From a virus (taxonomy: Duplodnaviria; Caudoviricetes): 38,459 nucleotides of DNA. Where the stretch lies: positions 1 through 38,459 of IMG/VR virus record IMGVR_UViG_3300037963_002236; one strand, 5' to 3'. The position numbers were made by a program, and so were the translations under genes. The notes below the pieces were generated by a model. That model did no database searches. It was given only the letters and a program-made list of their open reading frames with translations, and was not told where the DNA came from. Below, piece after piece: positions 1-11,900 of this stretch (position 1 is the stretch's first letter; each line of letters starts with the position of its first letter).

Positions 1-2230
1 AAAGCTCTTCTACCTATTGCAGTATTGTCTGTTCCACCATTTAATGCTAATAATGCATTACTACCAATAGCAGTATTACTAGCTCCAGTTGTATTTGCTA
101 CTAATGCTTGATATCCAACCGAAGTATTATGACCAGCATTTGTGTTTGCTTTACTAGCTTCATATCCTATATAAGTTCCACCTTCTGCACCAGCGTGATT
201 AACTGATGAACCAGCACTATGCCCAACTGCAGTCATATTATTTGTAGTTGTTAAAGCATCTAAACTATAAGAACCTATAGAAACATTATTATGACCAGTT
301 GTAACTTGGTAAAGAGCATCTGAACCTAGAGCAACATTTCCATACCCTTGAGTAATTGTAGTACCTGACCTATTACCAATCATTGTATTATTACTACCAG
401 TTGTAATAGCATACATACTCTGATATCCAATACTAACATTATTATAAATATTTACATTTGATGAACCACTACCATTCATTGCACTATTACCAATAGCAAT
501 ATTATTTACTATTGCTTGGTCTGCTGGAATTGATCCCATAGCTCCACTACCTATACCAACATTTCTACTGCCAGTAGTTAATGCTGCCATTACACCTCTG
601 CCAATAGCTGTATTTTGACTACCAGTAGTTGTATTTTTTAACGCTTGATACCCAAAAGCATCATTTGTTCCTGAAGTCAAAGAAGTGAGAGCCTGATAAC
701 CTATAGCAACTGTGCCATGTATTCCAGTAGTAGTAGAACTACCTCCAGTTAAAGCTAATCTTCCTATAGCAACACAACTCGAAACTGCTTGATCTGCTTG
801 TATGCTTTGCATTGCACTAACACCGATTGCGGTATTGCTACTAGCAGTATTTGCTGTGCTTAAGGCGGTATATCCTATAGCTACATTATCTGCTCCAGTT
901 GTTAAAGCATCCCCAGCTAGGCTTCCTACCGCTACATTACTACCTCCAGTAGTAACTCCTTTTAATGCACTATGACCAACGCCAACATTATTACCAGCAT
1001 TTGTAGAACCACTTACACCTTGTCCAGCTTCAAAACCTATATATGTATTATCAGCTACATTTCCATTTCTACCAGCATTCCTACCTATTAAAACATTTTC
1101 AGCTCCGCTAGTGATTTGAAGCCCAGCAGTACTACCAACTGCGACATTATTATCAGCAGTAGTAACTGCTGTTAAACTTTGATATCCAATTGCTACACTA
1201 TTATCAGCATTGTTTCCAGTTGAACCACCCTTCATAGCTTCATAACCAATAGATACACTATTTACTGTGTCATCCATATATCTACCTGAAGATGAACCTA
1301 CATAAACATTATACTGAGCAGAAGCGGTTGCAGTATCTGCTATTGCACCTGAGTTGTGACCAATCATTACATTGTGGTCGCCATCTGTGAGAGCGTTTCC
1401 TGCATCTGTTCCAATTAAAATATTGTATCTACCTTCTGTGAGAGCTGAACCTACTGAATTACCAATTCCAACATTATCATCACCAGTAGTATAAGATTCA
1501 AATGCTCCAGCCCCTATAGCAACTGTATCGTGTCCAGTAGTGACTGCAAATAAACTACGATAACCTACACCAGTATTATTTGAATTAGATTCTCCACTTG
1601 AACCAAGACCACTTCCTGAACCTATGTAGGTATTATTAATACCAGTTACATTAAAAAACCCAGCATTATATCCAACGCCTACATTACCAGTATCTCCATT
1701 TACTGTTCCATGTAACTGAGAATACATTGCTTTATAACCCATAGCGGTTGAGTAACTGCCATGTTGTTCGCTATATAAGGATTGATACCCAACTGCACTA
1801 TTATATCTTCCAAGTTGTAGTCCACCACCAGCATGAGTGCCAAGAAGTGAATTGTCTTGCCCACTTGCAATTGAATCACCAGCAAATGCACCTACTGCTA
1901 CATTATTTGCTCCAGTTGTAACCGCAAGTAAACTGGCATGTCCTACTGCTGTATTAGTTGAATGACTATTACCTGATGAACCAAGCAGTGCAGTATTACC
2001 AACAGCAGTATTGTGAATTCCAGTTTGATTATGTCCATCTGCATAATATCCAAGAGAAGTATTTTCCGTTCCTGTCGTTAATGCACCGCCAGTATATGTG
2101 CCTAAGAAAGTGTTTTGGTCGCCAGTTGTTAATGATATACCAGCACTTCTACCAATTAAAGTATTGTAATTACCACCACTAGCAACAGCTTTACCAGCTT
2201 CCATTCCAAAAATTGTATTATCTGTACCAC
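1..2230 (-). repeat. Tandem short N-(T/V)-A-(I/V)-G-x-x-A repeats (YadA/Hep-Hag-like beta-roll region of the fibre)
   Basis: Dozens of NTAIG/NVAVG/NTLIG-type motifs in the translation. Confidence 0.75.
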
Positions 2231-4718
2231 TATCATTATTAGCTAGACTAATGCGAGAGTTACCATCGAGTTTAAATCTTTTTCCTGAATTGACATCAAA
2301 AGACATATGTCCACTATCGCCATCGATGTGAGTAGAACCGCCACCAAGTTGTAATTGCTGACCGCTATCTAATCTTATTGCACCACTAGCAACATGGAAC
2401 TTAGTGCTAGGAGAAGTAGTCCCAATACCAATTTTTCCATCGCTAGTAACATTTAATCTATTTGTATTACTTGTCATCAAGTGTACGCTACCACGAGTAT
2501 TGTTAGCATCAGCATTTAATGCTACTGAATGTTGATTAGTTTGTATATAGTGATTAGCACCACCGCTATTAGTTAAATGTATATAGTTTAAAACATTGTT
2601 TGTGGAAAATCTTGCAGTCATACTACCATCATTATGAACATGTAATTTTTGAGTAGGCGAAGTTGTACCAATACCAACTCGCTGACTACTATCAATTCTA
2701 ATTGCATCAGTAGAACCAGTTTGAATTTGTATATAACTTGACTGTCCGATTATTCTTGTACCACCACTCCATACAAGATAATTATTATCAGCTAATCTAA
2801 GATTTCCATTTACATGAAGTTTTTCACTAGGCGAATCTATTCCAATTCCCACCTCACCAGTCTTTAAACTAGCATGGACAATATTACCAGCATTATAATG
2901 AACAAACTTATTACCAGTATGTGTCATTTGGTAATTAACTGGTGTACCTGAGTCATCAGCCATAAATTGTATACTAAATGACTCTCCAGTTGATTCAAAT
3001 CTTGCTAAATCTCCAGTTCCAGTTTGAGAAACATGAAGCGTTTTTTGAGGAGAATTTGTACCAATACCAAAATTCCCAGTATTAGTAAGTCTTGCTTTTT
3101 CAGCATTGTTTGTTTTAAAGATTACATGACCTGAAGCACCTTCACTACTAGCATGACCACCACCTACTTCTATACTAGATTGCCACGCTCCAGTAATTCC
3201 ACCGATATTTGTTATACTATTACCAGTATAGCCACTTAAAGTACCATCTCCTTGTAAATCCCATAATAAACCATTGCCATTATATACTCTAAATAATTTG
3301 TCATTATTAGTAGTAGTGTTTTTATAAATTTCTAGAGTAGCACTAGGTGAGGATGTGCCTATACCAATCTTTGCATCATGTGTAATAGTCATTCTTGTAG
3401 TACTGTTAGTACCAAGAAAAATTTTACCATTACCTTCGTTATTCCACACATACGCATCAAGTCCATTAAATCCAAATTGTCCACCAGTAGAAGCACCACT
3501 ATTTGTAAATCTTATTAAAGAAGTTGTAGCACCACTTTCATTTATATGTAGGCTTGAGTTAGGTGCAGTTGTGCCAATGCCAACTTTGCCTTCATAAGTA
3601 ATAGCCATTTTAGTATTAGCAACCCAGTCAGCATCTACATTAGAAGTACTAGCATTACCATCTAAAGCTATTCCAATATAGCCTCGATTAGCAGTGGATT
3701 CAGTCCTATTAAAATAAATACCGCCTTTTCTATATGTTGATTCAGATTGATTACTAAATGCTATACCGCCTGATGCTCCAGTTCCTGAAGTTGTTTCTGT
3801 TATAGTAAGTAAAGGATTTGAAGATGCAGTAATTGATAAATTACCTTGAGGCGAAGTTGTACCGATGCCCAATCTACCTGAATCGGTTAGCCTCATAGTT
3901 TCAGTACTTCCACCCTCAAAAAATCTTAAATCTCTTGCAGTTGAGCTAGTTGTATGTCCATACATTATAAACCCACTTGCTCCATCTGCACCTAGTTTGA
4001 CATAATTACCATCTTTTTGTGCTTGTATACTGCTTGTACCACCACTTGAATTAACTAATAACGATTTATTCGATCCACCACTAATTTCTAAAGAATTAGT
4101 AGGAGAAGATGTTCCAATTCCTACTGCCGTACCATCTCTTTTTAAAGTAATTACTGGTATGTCATCACTTACTGTTGTACCAGTAGCATTATGCGTTCCC
4201 ATAATAAACACATTACTTGAACCATCATATTTTATGAAACCACCTTGAAATCCATCTTCAGCCATTCTAATAAAAGTGCTATTATTAACACTAGCTGATT
4301 GCAATAAAATAGTTCCATCATTAGCAGAAATAGTCAGCTTTTCACTAGGCGAATTAGTGCCGATGCCAACTTTATTATTATGTGCAATGGTCATAACATC
4401 AGATGTGCTAGAGCCATCTCTTAAATTAAATCGTAAATCTTTCCCCGATGTTTGAACACGAATTCTTGAAATAGTACCACTAGTTAAATCGGGATTTAAA
4501 TCTAGTGTAGGTATGTTAGAGCCAGTTCCAGTAGCAGTTATAACTCTGTTTGTAACAGATGCAATTGTGCCATTATCACTAAATGCACCTCCAGCATCAT
4601 CTGCCCATTCTAATCCAGTACCATTAGAGGAGACCTTAAGCACCTTCCCCGAACTTGGGGAAGATGCTATGTCACTAGCTGGAGGATTCTCTACTAAGAG
4701 TTTTTTCCAATCAGCCAT
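1..4718 (-). CDS. Long tail fibre / receptor-binding protein, 3' end beyond the window (>1570 aa)
   Basis: Not in the ORF track, consistent with no stop inside the window. ATG at 4718 (MADWKKLLVENPP...); the same frame reads ...DNTAIGRRA at the left edge; GIGTxSP and NxAxG repeat blocks. Confidence 0.9.
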   Translation of the reverse strand, partial: MADWKKLLVENPPASDIASSPSSGKVLKVSSNGTGLEWADDAGGAFSDNGTIASVTNRVITATGTGSNIPTLDLNPDLTSGTISRIRVQTSGKDLRFNLRDGSSTSDVMTIAHNNKVGIGTNSPSEKLTISANDGTILLQSASVNNSTFIRMAEDGFQGGFIKYDGSSNVFIMGTHNATGTTVSDDIPVITLKRDGTAVGIGTSSPTNSLEISGGSNKSLLVNSSGGTSSIQAQKDGNYVKLGADGASGFIMYGHTTSSTARDLRFFEGGSTETMRLTDSGRLGIGTTSPQGNLSITASSNPLLTITETTSGTGASGGIAFSNQSESTYRKGGIYFNRTESTANRGYIGIALDGNASTSNVDADWVANTKMAITYEGKVGIGTTAPNSSLHINESGATTSLIRFTNSGASTGGQFGFNGLDAYVWNNEGNGKIFLGTNSTTRMTITHDAKIGIGTSSPSATLEIYKNTTTNNDKLFRVYNGNGLLWDLQGDGTLSGYTGNSITNIGGITGAWQSSIEVGGGHASSEGASGHVIFKTNNAEKARLTNTGNFGIGTNSPQKTLHVSQTGTGDLARFESTGESFSIQFMADDSGTPVNYQMTHTGNKFVHYNAGNIVHASLKTGEVGIGIDSPSEKLHVNGNLRLADNNYLVWSGGTRIIGQSSYIQIQTGSTDAIRIDSSQRVGIGTTSPTQKLHVHNDGSMTARFSTNNVLNYIHLTNSGGANHYIQTNQHSVALNADANNTRGSVHLMTSNTNRLNVTSDGKIGIGTTSPSTKFHVASGAIRLDSGQQLQLGGGSTHIDGDSGHMSFDVNSGKRFKLDGNSRISLANNDSGTDNTIFGMEAGKAVASGGNYNTLIGRSAGISLTTGDQNTFLGTYTGGALTTGTENTSLGYYADGHNQTGIHNTAVGNTALLGSSGNSHSTNTAVGHASLLAVTTGANNVAVGAFAGDSIASGQDNSLLGTHAGGGLQLGRYNSAVGYQSLYSEQHGSYSTAMGYKAMYSQLHGTVNGDTGNVGVGYNAGFFNVTGINNTYIGSGSGLGSSGESNSNNTGVGYRSLFAVTTGHDTVAIGAGAFESYTTGDDNVGIGNSVGSALTEGRYNILIGTDAGNALTDGDHNVMIGHNSGAIADTATASAQYNVYVGSSSGRYMDDTVNSVSIGYEAMKGGSTGNNADNSVAIGYQSLTAVTTADNNVAVGSTAGLQITSGAENVLIGRNAGRNGNVADNTYIGFEAGQGVSGSTNAGNNVGVGHSALKGVTTGGSNVAVGSLAGDALTTGADNVAIGYTALSTANTASSNTAIGVSAMQSIQADQAVSSCVAIGRLALTGGSSTTTGIHGTVAIGYQALTSLTSGTNDAFGYQALKNTTTGSQNTAIGRGVMAALTTGSRNVGIGSGAMGSIPADQAIVNNIAIGNSAMNGSGSSNVNIYNNVSIGYQSMYAITTGSNNTMIGNRSGTTITQGYGNVALGSDALYQVTTGHNNVSIGSYSLDALTTTNNMTAVGHSAGSSVNHAGAEGGTYIGYEASKANTNAGHNTSVGYQALVANTTGASNTAIGSNALLALNGGTDNTAIGRRA
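2410..4370 (-). repeat. Nine protein-level (V/I/L/F)GIGTxxP tail-fibre repeat units
   Basis: GIG(T/I)x(S/A)P motifs near 4360, 4115, 3865, 3575, 3360, 3062, 2842, 2670 and 2422, with divergent spacers. Confidence 0.8.
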
Positions 4719-4720
4719 AA

Positions 4721-4915
4721 TTAAGCACTCACTTGTGCTGAGTTCGCTTTACCAGCCTTCTTATTGTTCTTGTCAGAAGACTTGATCATCTCTTGATAAG
4801 ATGAGCCAAGTTTCTCAAGAACACCTTGAGCAAATGCAGAATCCTTTGCTTGGATACTTGTATTTGCTATAGCCTGAATTACGAACTCCATCTCTTGTTG
4901 AGTTAGCTTATCCAT
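4721..4915 (-). CDS. Small hypothetical protein (possible fibre assembly factor)
   Basis: 64 aa, AGGAG upstream, located between two fibre genes. Confidence 0.7.
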   Translation of the reverse strand: MDKLTQQEMEFVIQAIANTSIQAKDSAFAQGVLEKLGSSYQEMIKSSDKNNKKAGKANSAQVSA

Positions 4916-4941
4916 TATGCATTCTCCTATTGTTATTTACA

Positions 4942-5940
4942 TTATGGTACATATACCACAAATCCTTTTACTGAGTCGTAAGCAATATCACCAGCTACCG
5001 CATTACCAGCGTTTTTTATTGCAGTTAATTCTGCCGTAGTCTTTGCTTTATATTTTAAAACCCCAGTGTCTTTTACCACAAATTTGGTGTCACCAGCTTT
5101 ACTTTTAAATGTAGCTTCACCATCTTCCTCAACTTTTAAAATTTCTTTATCTGTACCGCTATCATCTACGGTTAATGATATTTTAGAAGTATTATCTAAT
5201 TTTACTTTTGGAGAGTTACTTGCACTTGATGACACAACTCCCCCAGTAGTTTTTACTGCTTCACATACAATAATATCATTTGTGTCAATTCTACCATCTT
5301 GCGATATGCTTAATCCGCTTCCACTTCCACTAGTAACGAAACCACCTCCTATATGCATATCATTACAAGTAACTCTTGAGTCTGTTAATACATTTCCACT
5401 TGCATCTATTGTTGTTCCGCTATTTCCTAAACCACCACCAATTTGTACATTATCAGCAACAATTCTATCGTCAGATGTTATTGTGCCATTTGTTTGAATA
5501 TTTCCAGCGGATGAAATTGTTGCACCAGTACTACCATAACCACCGCCTATGATTGCACTACCAGCATCTATAGCACTTTGAGTTTCAATATTATCTTGAG
5601 CAATAAGTTTAGCACTAGACTGAATATTTCCTCCAGCAACTATAGTACCTGAAACATCCATCCTTGCACCGCTTATTAAATCTGTGACTGTTAAATCATC
5701 TCCTACTGCTAAATCACCAGTTAATGTTGCATTTACAGAATTAAGTGTACCAGCTATTTCTAAAGTTTTACCAGCTGGTATTTTTAAGGTAGTAGTAGAC
5801 AGCTGAATCGCTGATTCTACACCTTCACCATCAGATACTGTTTTTAATGATGATTCCAGGCCCTGATTATCAGTACCTGAATTCACAGTTAATAAATCTT
5901 TAAAAGTTTCTGCTGGTGTTTTGTTATTTAATGATGCCAT
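4942..5940 (-). CDS. Short tail fibre/spike-like structural protein
   Basis: 332 aa, Gly/Ser/Thr/Asp-rich, three IGGGxGxxGxxIxxxGxIxT-like repeats; GGAG upstream. Confidence 0.65.
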   Translation of the reverse strand: MASLNNKTPAETFKDLLTVNSGTDNQGLESSLKTVSDGEGVESAIQLSTTTLKIPAGKTLEIAGTLNSVNATLTGDLAVGDDLTVTDLISGARMDVSGTIVAGGNIQSSAKLIAQDNIETQSAIDAGSAIIGGGYGSTGATISSAGNIQTNGTITSDDRIVADNVQIGGGLGNSGTTIDASGNVLTDSRVTCNDMHIGGGFVTSGSGSGLSISQDGRIDTNDIIVCEAVKTTGGVVSSSASNSPKVKLDNTSKISLTVDDSGTDKEILKVEEDGEATFKSKAGDTKFVVKDTGVLKYKAKTTAELTAIKNAGNAVAGDIAYDSVKGFVVYVP

Positions 5941-5991
5941 AATTACTCCGAATTTTTAATAATATGCAGAAGTATTAAACATATTTGAGCG

Positions 5992-8900
5992 TTATTTTTC
6001 ATATTCATCTTGATTCCTAAGAAACCTATCCACCCTATTATTAATAGCATCTTCTTGTTCTTGGGTTAATTGTGGGTTTTTATCAAGATAAGATTCAGCA
6101 TATCTAACAAGCTTATTTACTTCAGCCTCTGTATAATTTTTTCTTTTAGAATTCTTAAACATGTTATACATATATCCCAGTTCTGAATTCTTTCTAAACT
6201 CGCCAAAAAAGTTTCTTATTAAAGGGATTTCATCTGGCTTAAGATTACCTTTATATAAATCAATTGGTGCGCTAATTAACCTGGCTACACTTTTACCTAA
6301 TCCACCAGATAGATATTCAGTAAAGTACTCTAAAGTTTCAGGGCTTACATCACCAAAACCATCTAAAGGACCATGTTCAGCACCAACAATCTCACCATCT
6401 TCATCATATATAAATTTATTTCCAGTCAAAGCATACCAAAATTCAGCAGATTCTTTATATGCGGCTGGTGTGTTTTCCCATGCTAATTGAACATCAGCTG
6501 GTGCTTCTTGATATACTTGTGGATATATTGGCCCACCATAAAAATTCTTATTTGAACCTAATTGTATAAATGGCTTTACAATTGTAGGTGTTATCATTTG
6601 TTCTATAGGTGAATCACCTAATGGATTAAATGAAGCATTTATAGCTGTTAATAGCCTAAATAACTGGTCTGATTTATCAATTGGCTGTCCACTATGTGCG
6701 GCCCATGCAAAGTCTCCAGTAATATTACCTACAACTTTAAATACGTTAAATCCATATGGTAATCTAAATTTTAAATATTTGTCACCTTCACCATATCTTG
6801 CTACGAAATAATTATCTTTTACAAAATTACCTAACTTATCATATTCTTCATCATCGTCAGCCATGTGATTTACAAAAGATTCCATAAATCCCATTGCTAC
6901 TAATGTAGCTACAGCTTGTTGTGCTTTTTTAGATTTACCAACGACTGTCATTATTCTGTAACTACCTTGCAATCCAGCATTAGCAAATAACCATAAACTA
7001 TTTATTAATGGTCCCCATTCACCTTTCCTATTAAAGTTTATAGTTACATTTTTTGCCGCTGATGCCGCTTTTGCATCTGAATAACCAGCATCTATCATAG
7101 CTTTGAATAATGTAAGTCTTACAGAAGATTCTGTTGCTTCGTTTAATGACTCAACAAATCCTAATATATTTTTACCAGCATCTTTAATTGTTTTCTTGTC
7201 TTGACCTACTTTATTTAAACTTTTCTCTAATCCATCTAATTTTTGTTCTATGCTTTGTATATCAAAAAATCCAGTCTTACCACCAGCGAGTCTCATTCTA
7301 TTGTATAAGTCACCCCACTCAGAATCAACTTCATCATTTTGAACAATATCATAAACAGCTTTCCAACTATTTTTCAAGTTTGTAGGAGATAAAGCCTGAC
7401 TTCTTATTTCACCACCTTGCTCAGCACTTATATTTATACCAGCTGTTTGAATGTCTCTAACAAAATTTGAAAATATAAATTCTACATTCCATATAGTATT
7501 TACATATCTTAGATATGTGTTAAAATTATTTAAAATAGGTACAGCTTTTGATACGCCTATACCTCGTAATGCTTTTGCTATTCTAGTACCTTTTGGTCCC
7601 TTAAAAATAATTCTCTTAGTCTTACCATCTACTTTAACATTTAAAACATTATCCTGGTCTACTTTATTACCTTCACTATCTTTTGCAGATAGTGGTGTCA
7701 TATATTCAATTTCACCATTGTCATTATACACTGGCTTATGACTAATTCCTTTAACCTCAAATGCATCACTTGGATACGCCTGGACCAAAGCTAATACTTT
7801 TTTATTTACCTCATTCTTTTCCGCTCTAATAATAGCATTATGCATCCTCTCAGCCGCACTAACGATAATATTCTTTACTGGCTTTTTACTGCCTTTCGCT
7901 CTAGCATATTCCCTACCGCCAAAGATATTAAAACCCTTGCCTTTATCCATACCTATATAACCGCTAGAATTCACTAAATTATCAGAGTCATCCATCTCTC
8001 TAAATAATGGCACATAATTTTTAAATACTCCATCTTTTAGACTATCATAATCCTTTTGACTTAACAAACCAGCATCTAATCTCACCTTTAGTTCTGGCTC
8101 AATAAATATTTGTCTAAACTCCTTAGTGTATGCTCTTAAATTTTTTAAGCCATACTTTTTATTTAGTTCAGCTTTTATCCTTTTAGCTTCACTATTTGAC
8201 ATACCACTACCACCATCTTTATATTTAGATTTAGGTAATCCAGCTATGTAAGCATTTCTTTCTGCGGCATGTTGAGCATGTAAATACCTACTAAAATCGT
8301 CAATAGATATACCAACATTTTTTATTAGTCTATTTACAAAACTATTTTGTTTATGACCATTTATAGCTATGTCATTAAAATCAGATATTCTTTCTGGCAT
8401 TCTACCAACAGCTAATTCTGCGGCTAATACAACATCTCGTTCTTCAGTGACTTTATTATTCTCTAAAAATTGACTTTCAATATCCTCTTGCCAGGTTATT
8501 ATAGGCGTAAGAGCATCAATAATTTTTCTTCTTACAACACCAGAGATACTTTCATCTGATAATTCTAATGGGGCGTTTTTTGTAGCCGACTTTATTTGTG
8601 CGGCTAAATTAGGATTGGGTCCTAGCTGGTAGGTTAACTGGTCTTGTTTGGCTTTCTTTTCAAGCGCCTCTCGAATTTGTTGTTCGACTTGAGGTCCATA
8701 ATGATTGTCGAGCCTTTTTTGTATATCGGGTCCGAAGCTTTCGGAAAGTTTATTTCGATACCGCTGTCCAGCACTATCTTTTTTCCAGTTGTTATTTGTT
8801 CTTTCATGATTGATTCCTATTCCTTCTAAATTTAACTCTAAACCAACTTCTTTCATAACTCTTTTCATTGCTGTGTTAAGCTGTGTACTATAATCATTTA

Positions 8901-11900
8901 GTTCTCTTTGCATAACACTAGTAGGTATCATTAGAGCGCCATCATCAAAATATATTGATGGCATAAATTTTTTCGGTAATTCTTCCATTAAAATTGATAT
9001 GACAGCATCTTTATTGGCTTGTGTATTTAATTTAGGATGAGTAATTCTTATACCTAGTTTATTACTATTTGCATTTGGCCTAGTAAATGCTACGTTTTCT
9101 TTTTGTGTAAGTAGCCCAATAGAATGCATTAACCCTTTTACAGCTTGAGAACTGCCACGAACTTTAATATTTCTACCATCTGTTTTAATAACTTTTAAGC
9201 CCATTTCTTTAGCTAGTTTTTTAATTGGGCCATTTAGTATCTTCTTATTTAATGACTCTTTTTGTCTTGGTCTAAGTCTTTCAAATGCATCACCATACTG
9301 CCTATACAAAGGACTGTTCTTGTCCATATCTAGCTTAAAAGATATTTGCGGCTTTACTAATTCCATTGCATCTGGTATTGACTGCCCATCAGATGTTTCT
9401 GACATTCTAGCTATAGCTGTCCACCCAATAGCCTGGACCTGATGTGGTTTTAAGTTGCCACCTAAATATCCCATTTCATTTAGTTTATCTGTCAACTCAT
9501 TCATATAACGACTAGCATATTCATACTGAGTTTCTGAAGGACCAGCACCTTCCTGGTCAATAACTAACCCCTTCAAATCATTTTTATTTACAGCTAGTCT
9601 TTTTAGAATATTCATAAGCTTACCATCTATATAACCAGCATCTCTAAATGTATGCCTATCAATAGCAACTGGCGCTAATCCAAATGGGTCATCCATCATT
9701 ACAGTTCTTGTAGACTTGCCTAATGCACTATCTAAAAAGTCATATAATTTTGCCCCAGCACCTTCTACAACTCTTTTACCTTTTAAAGCTGATTTTATGT
9801 TTGTAGCAACAGATTCAGTTCCAGGTGTTTTAAATGATGGTAATGCGGCTTTTAATTGTTCACCAGCTAAGAATGTATTAGATAATGCTTGTAATGGACT
9901 AGCCTGGACATTACCAAGTAACCATGCAACCATATAATTAACTGCATCCTTTTCTCCAAACTCTTCAACAAAACTAGGATATGCTTCTTCATACCATACA
10001 GCGGCTTTCATCACCTCTTCATCATTTAAAGTGCTTTCTACTTGACGTATCCAATCTTCTGGGGTTTTATTTCTACCCAGAATCATTACACCACCATTTT
10101 TAAGTTTGATTTCTACTCTTTTATTAGTTTGCTGACCTACACCCTTGGCCCTCTTTTTAGCCTTAGATACTCTATTGGCTCTTTCTTTATCACCAACAAC
10201 ATCAGGATATAAACCAACAGCTTTTTCAACAACAGATGATTCTAACTGAAATGTTATATCATTGTTTCTAGGGTCAAATGTTCCTCTGTTAAATTGTGAT
10301 TTTATCTGATTAGGTTCAAAAGCAACTACATGCATTGCTGGACCCATAATAGGGCTAAACATGCCTGAGTATCTATCATTTGCATTGTTTAATACTATAC
10401 CATCAAATCCAGCCGCTTCAATAACTCTTCTGATAAACTCATTACCCATTAGCTTACCATCTTCATTTTCAATATCTGCTACAATATCAGAATCTTTCAT
10501 TATCTTCATAAATTCTGACCCAGTTAATGACATATCAACTGCACTATTAAAAATCAATTGCTGTATTTCACGAACAGAATCTTCATCGTATCTATAATTC
10601 AAATCAGCAAAAATGTCTGGTACTGCATCTATCATATCTACTACTGGACCAGTTTCATCTATTACCTCTCCAGTCTCTTCATCTAATTCATATTCATACT
10701 CTAAATATGTATCTGGTGTCATATCACCATCTTTAGAACCTAATACAAATGGATTCTGTATGGATAAATACACTGGCATAACATTGCCTTTATTTTCCAT
10801 AAACTCATCCATTATAAATTTATCATATACCTGGTCTTGTCTCGCTGACCTACCATACTTATCTCCAAATAAATCTTGTGCAGATTTTTTACTTTTAATT
10901 AGTAAATCTGGACTGCCTTCTGTTGCATAACTACGATTGACATCATTTATATTGCTAGAGAAATAAAATCCACTACCAAAATCTGATTCATGAAATGTTT
11001 CAGCTATATCAAATGTTTGAAAGTTTCTTGTTGTACCATGAAACATTCTTAATGGTGCGCTAGTGTCATCATCCCTGGTTATTTTAGATTCTTTAAACCA
11101 GTTACGAAATTCTGGTGTGTCTATACTTGGTTGTAATTCTTTATTACGAGTGTTATGCCAATTCTGAAAATTAGGGTCATCATCTAACCTATCTAGTAGC
11201 TGATAGGATTTTGGGGCTTTAGGATTCTTTTTAGTTGGTGGTGGATTCTGAAATTGTTCCAAATAGTCTTCACCATACAAAAATATATCTTCATCAACAG
11301 CTGTAGCAAATTCCTGATTTACTTCAATGCCTTCCGTTGGTCCGCGCATCTTATCAAAAACTAGCGTTCCATCACTCATTTGGCCCATTTTTTCGATAAA
11401 TTCGCTAGAAATGTCCTCTGGAATGTAAATTGCATCCTGAAATTCTTTTGATATCGTTTTAAAGCCGCCTATGGTGTATAAAATCGCATCTGAGAATAAC
11501 TCAAGGTTACCATCACCTTCCTCTGTAAAACGAAGATTATACCCTATTTCTGAAGCAAGTTTTCTGACGGACCTTGCCCAAATTTCGATTTTATCCGCTA
11601 AGGCTTTTTCTTCGGCGTTTTTTGAGTTTCTAAGCTGTTTGAGTCTTGCTTCGACTGCTTCTTCAAGAAGTGTGCTTCTATCCGCTCTGCTGGTGAGCGA
11701 TATATTGCCTTGAATATCATTCGTGCCTCTTGCAGTGACTGCGAATTGTCTTTCTCCATCTTTGGATTCGACTTCTGAGAATCCATTGCTTTCTGGGTCA
11801 TAACCTAACTCCCTTATTCTACTTTCTGAAAAAACTCTATCCCCATTATCATCTGCATTGTATTCTATCTTTAATGGGTTTGCTTCATCATCGTTAATTT

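Noticed and set aside
1-4718. Diversity-generating retroelement acting on the tail fibre
   Set aside because: No reverse transcriptase in the window and no near-identical template/variable repeat pair seen; repeats are protein-level. The fibre C-terminus is outside the window, so this is not fully excluded
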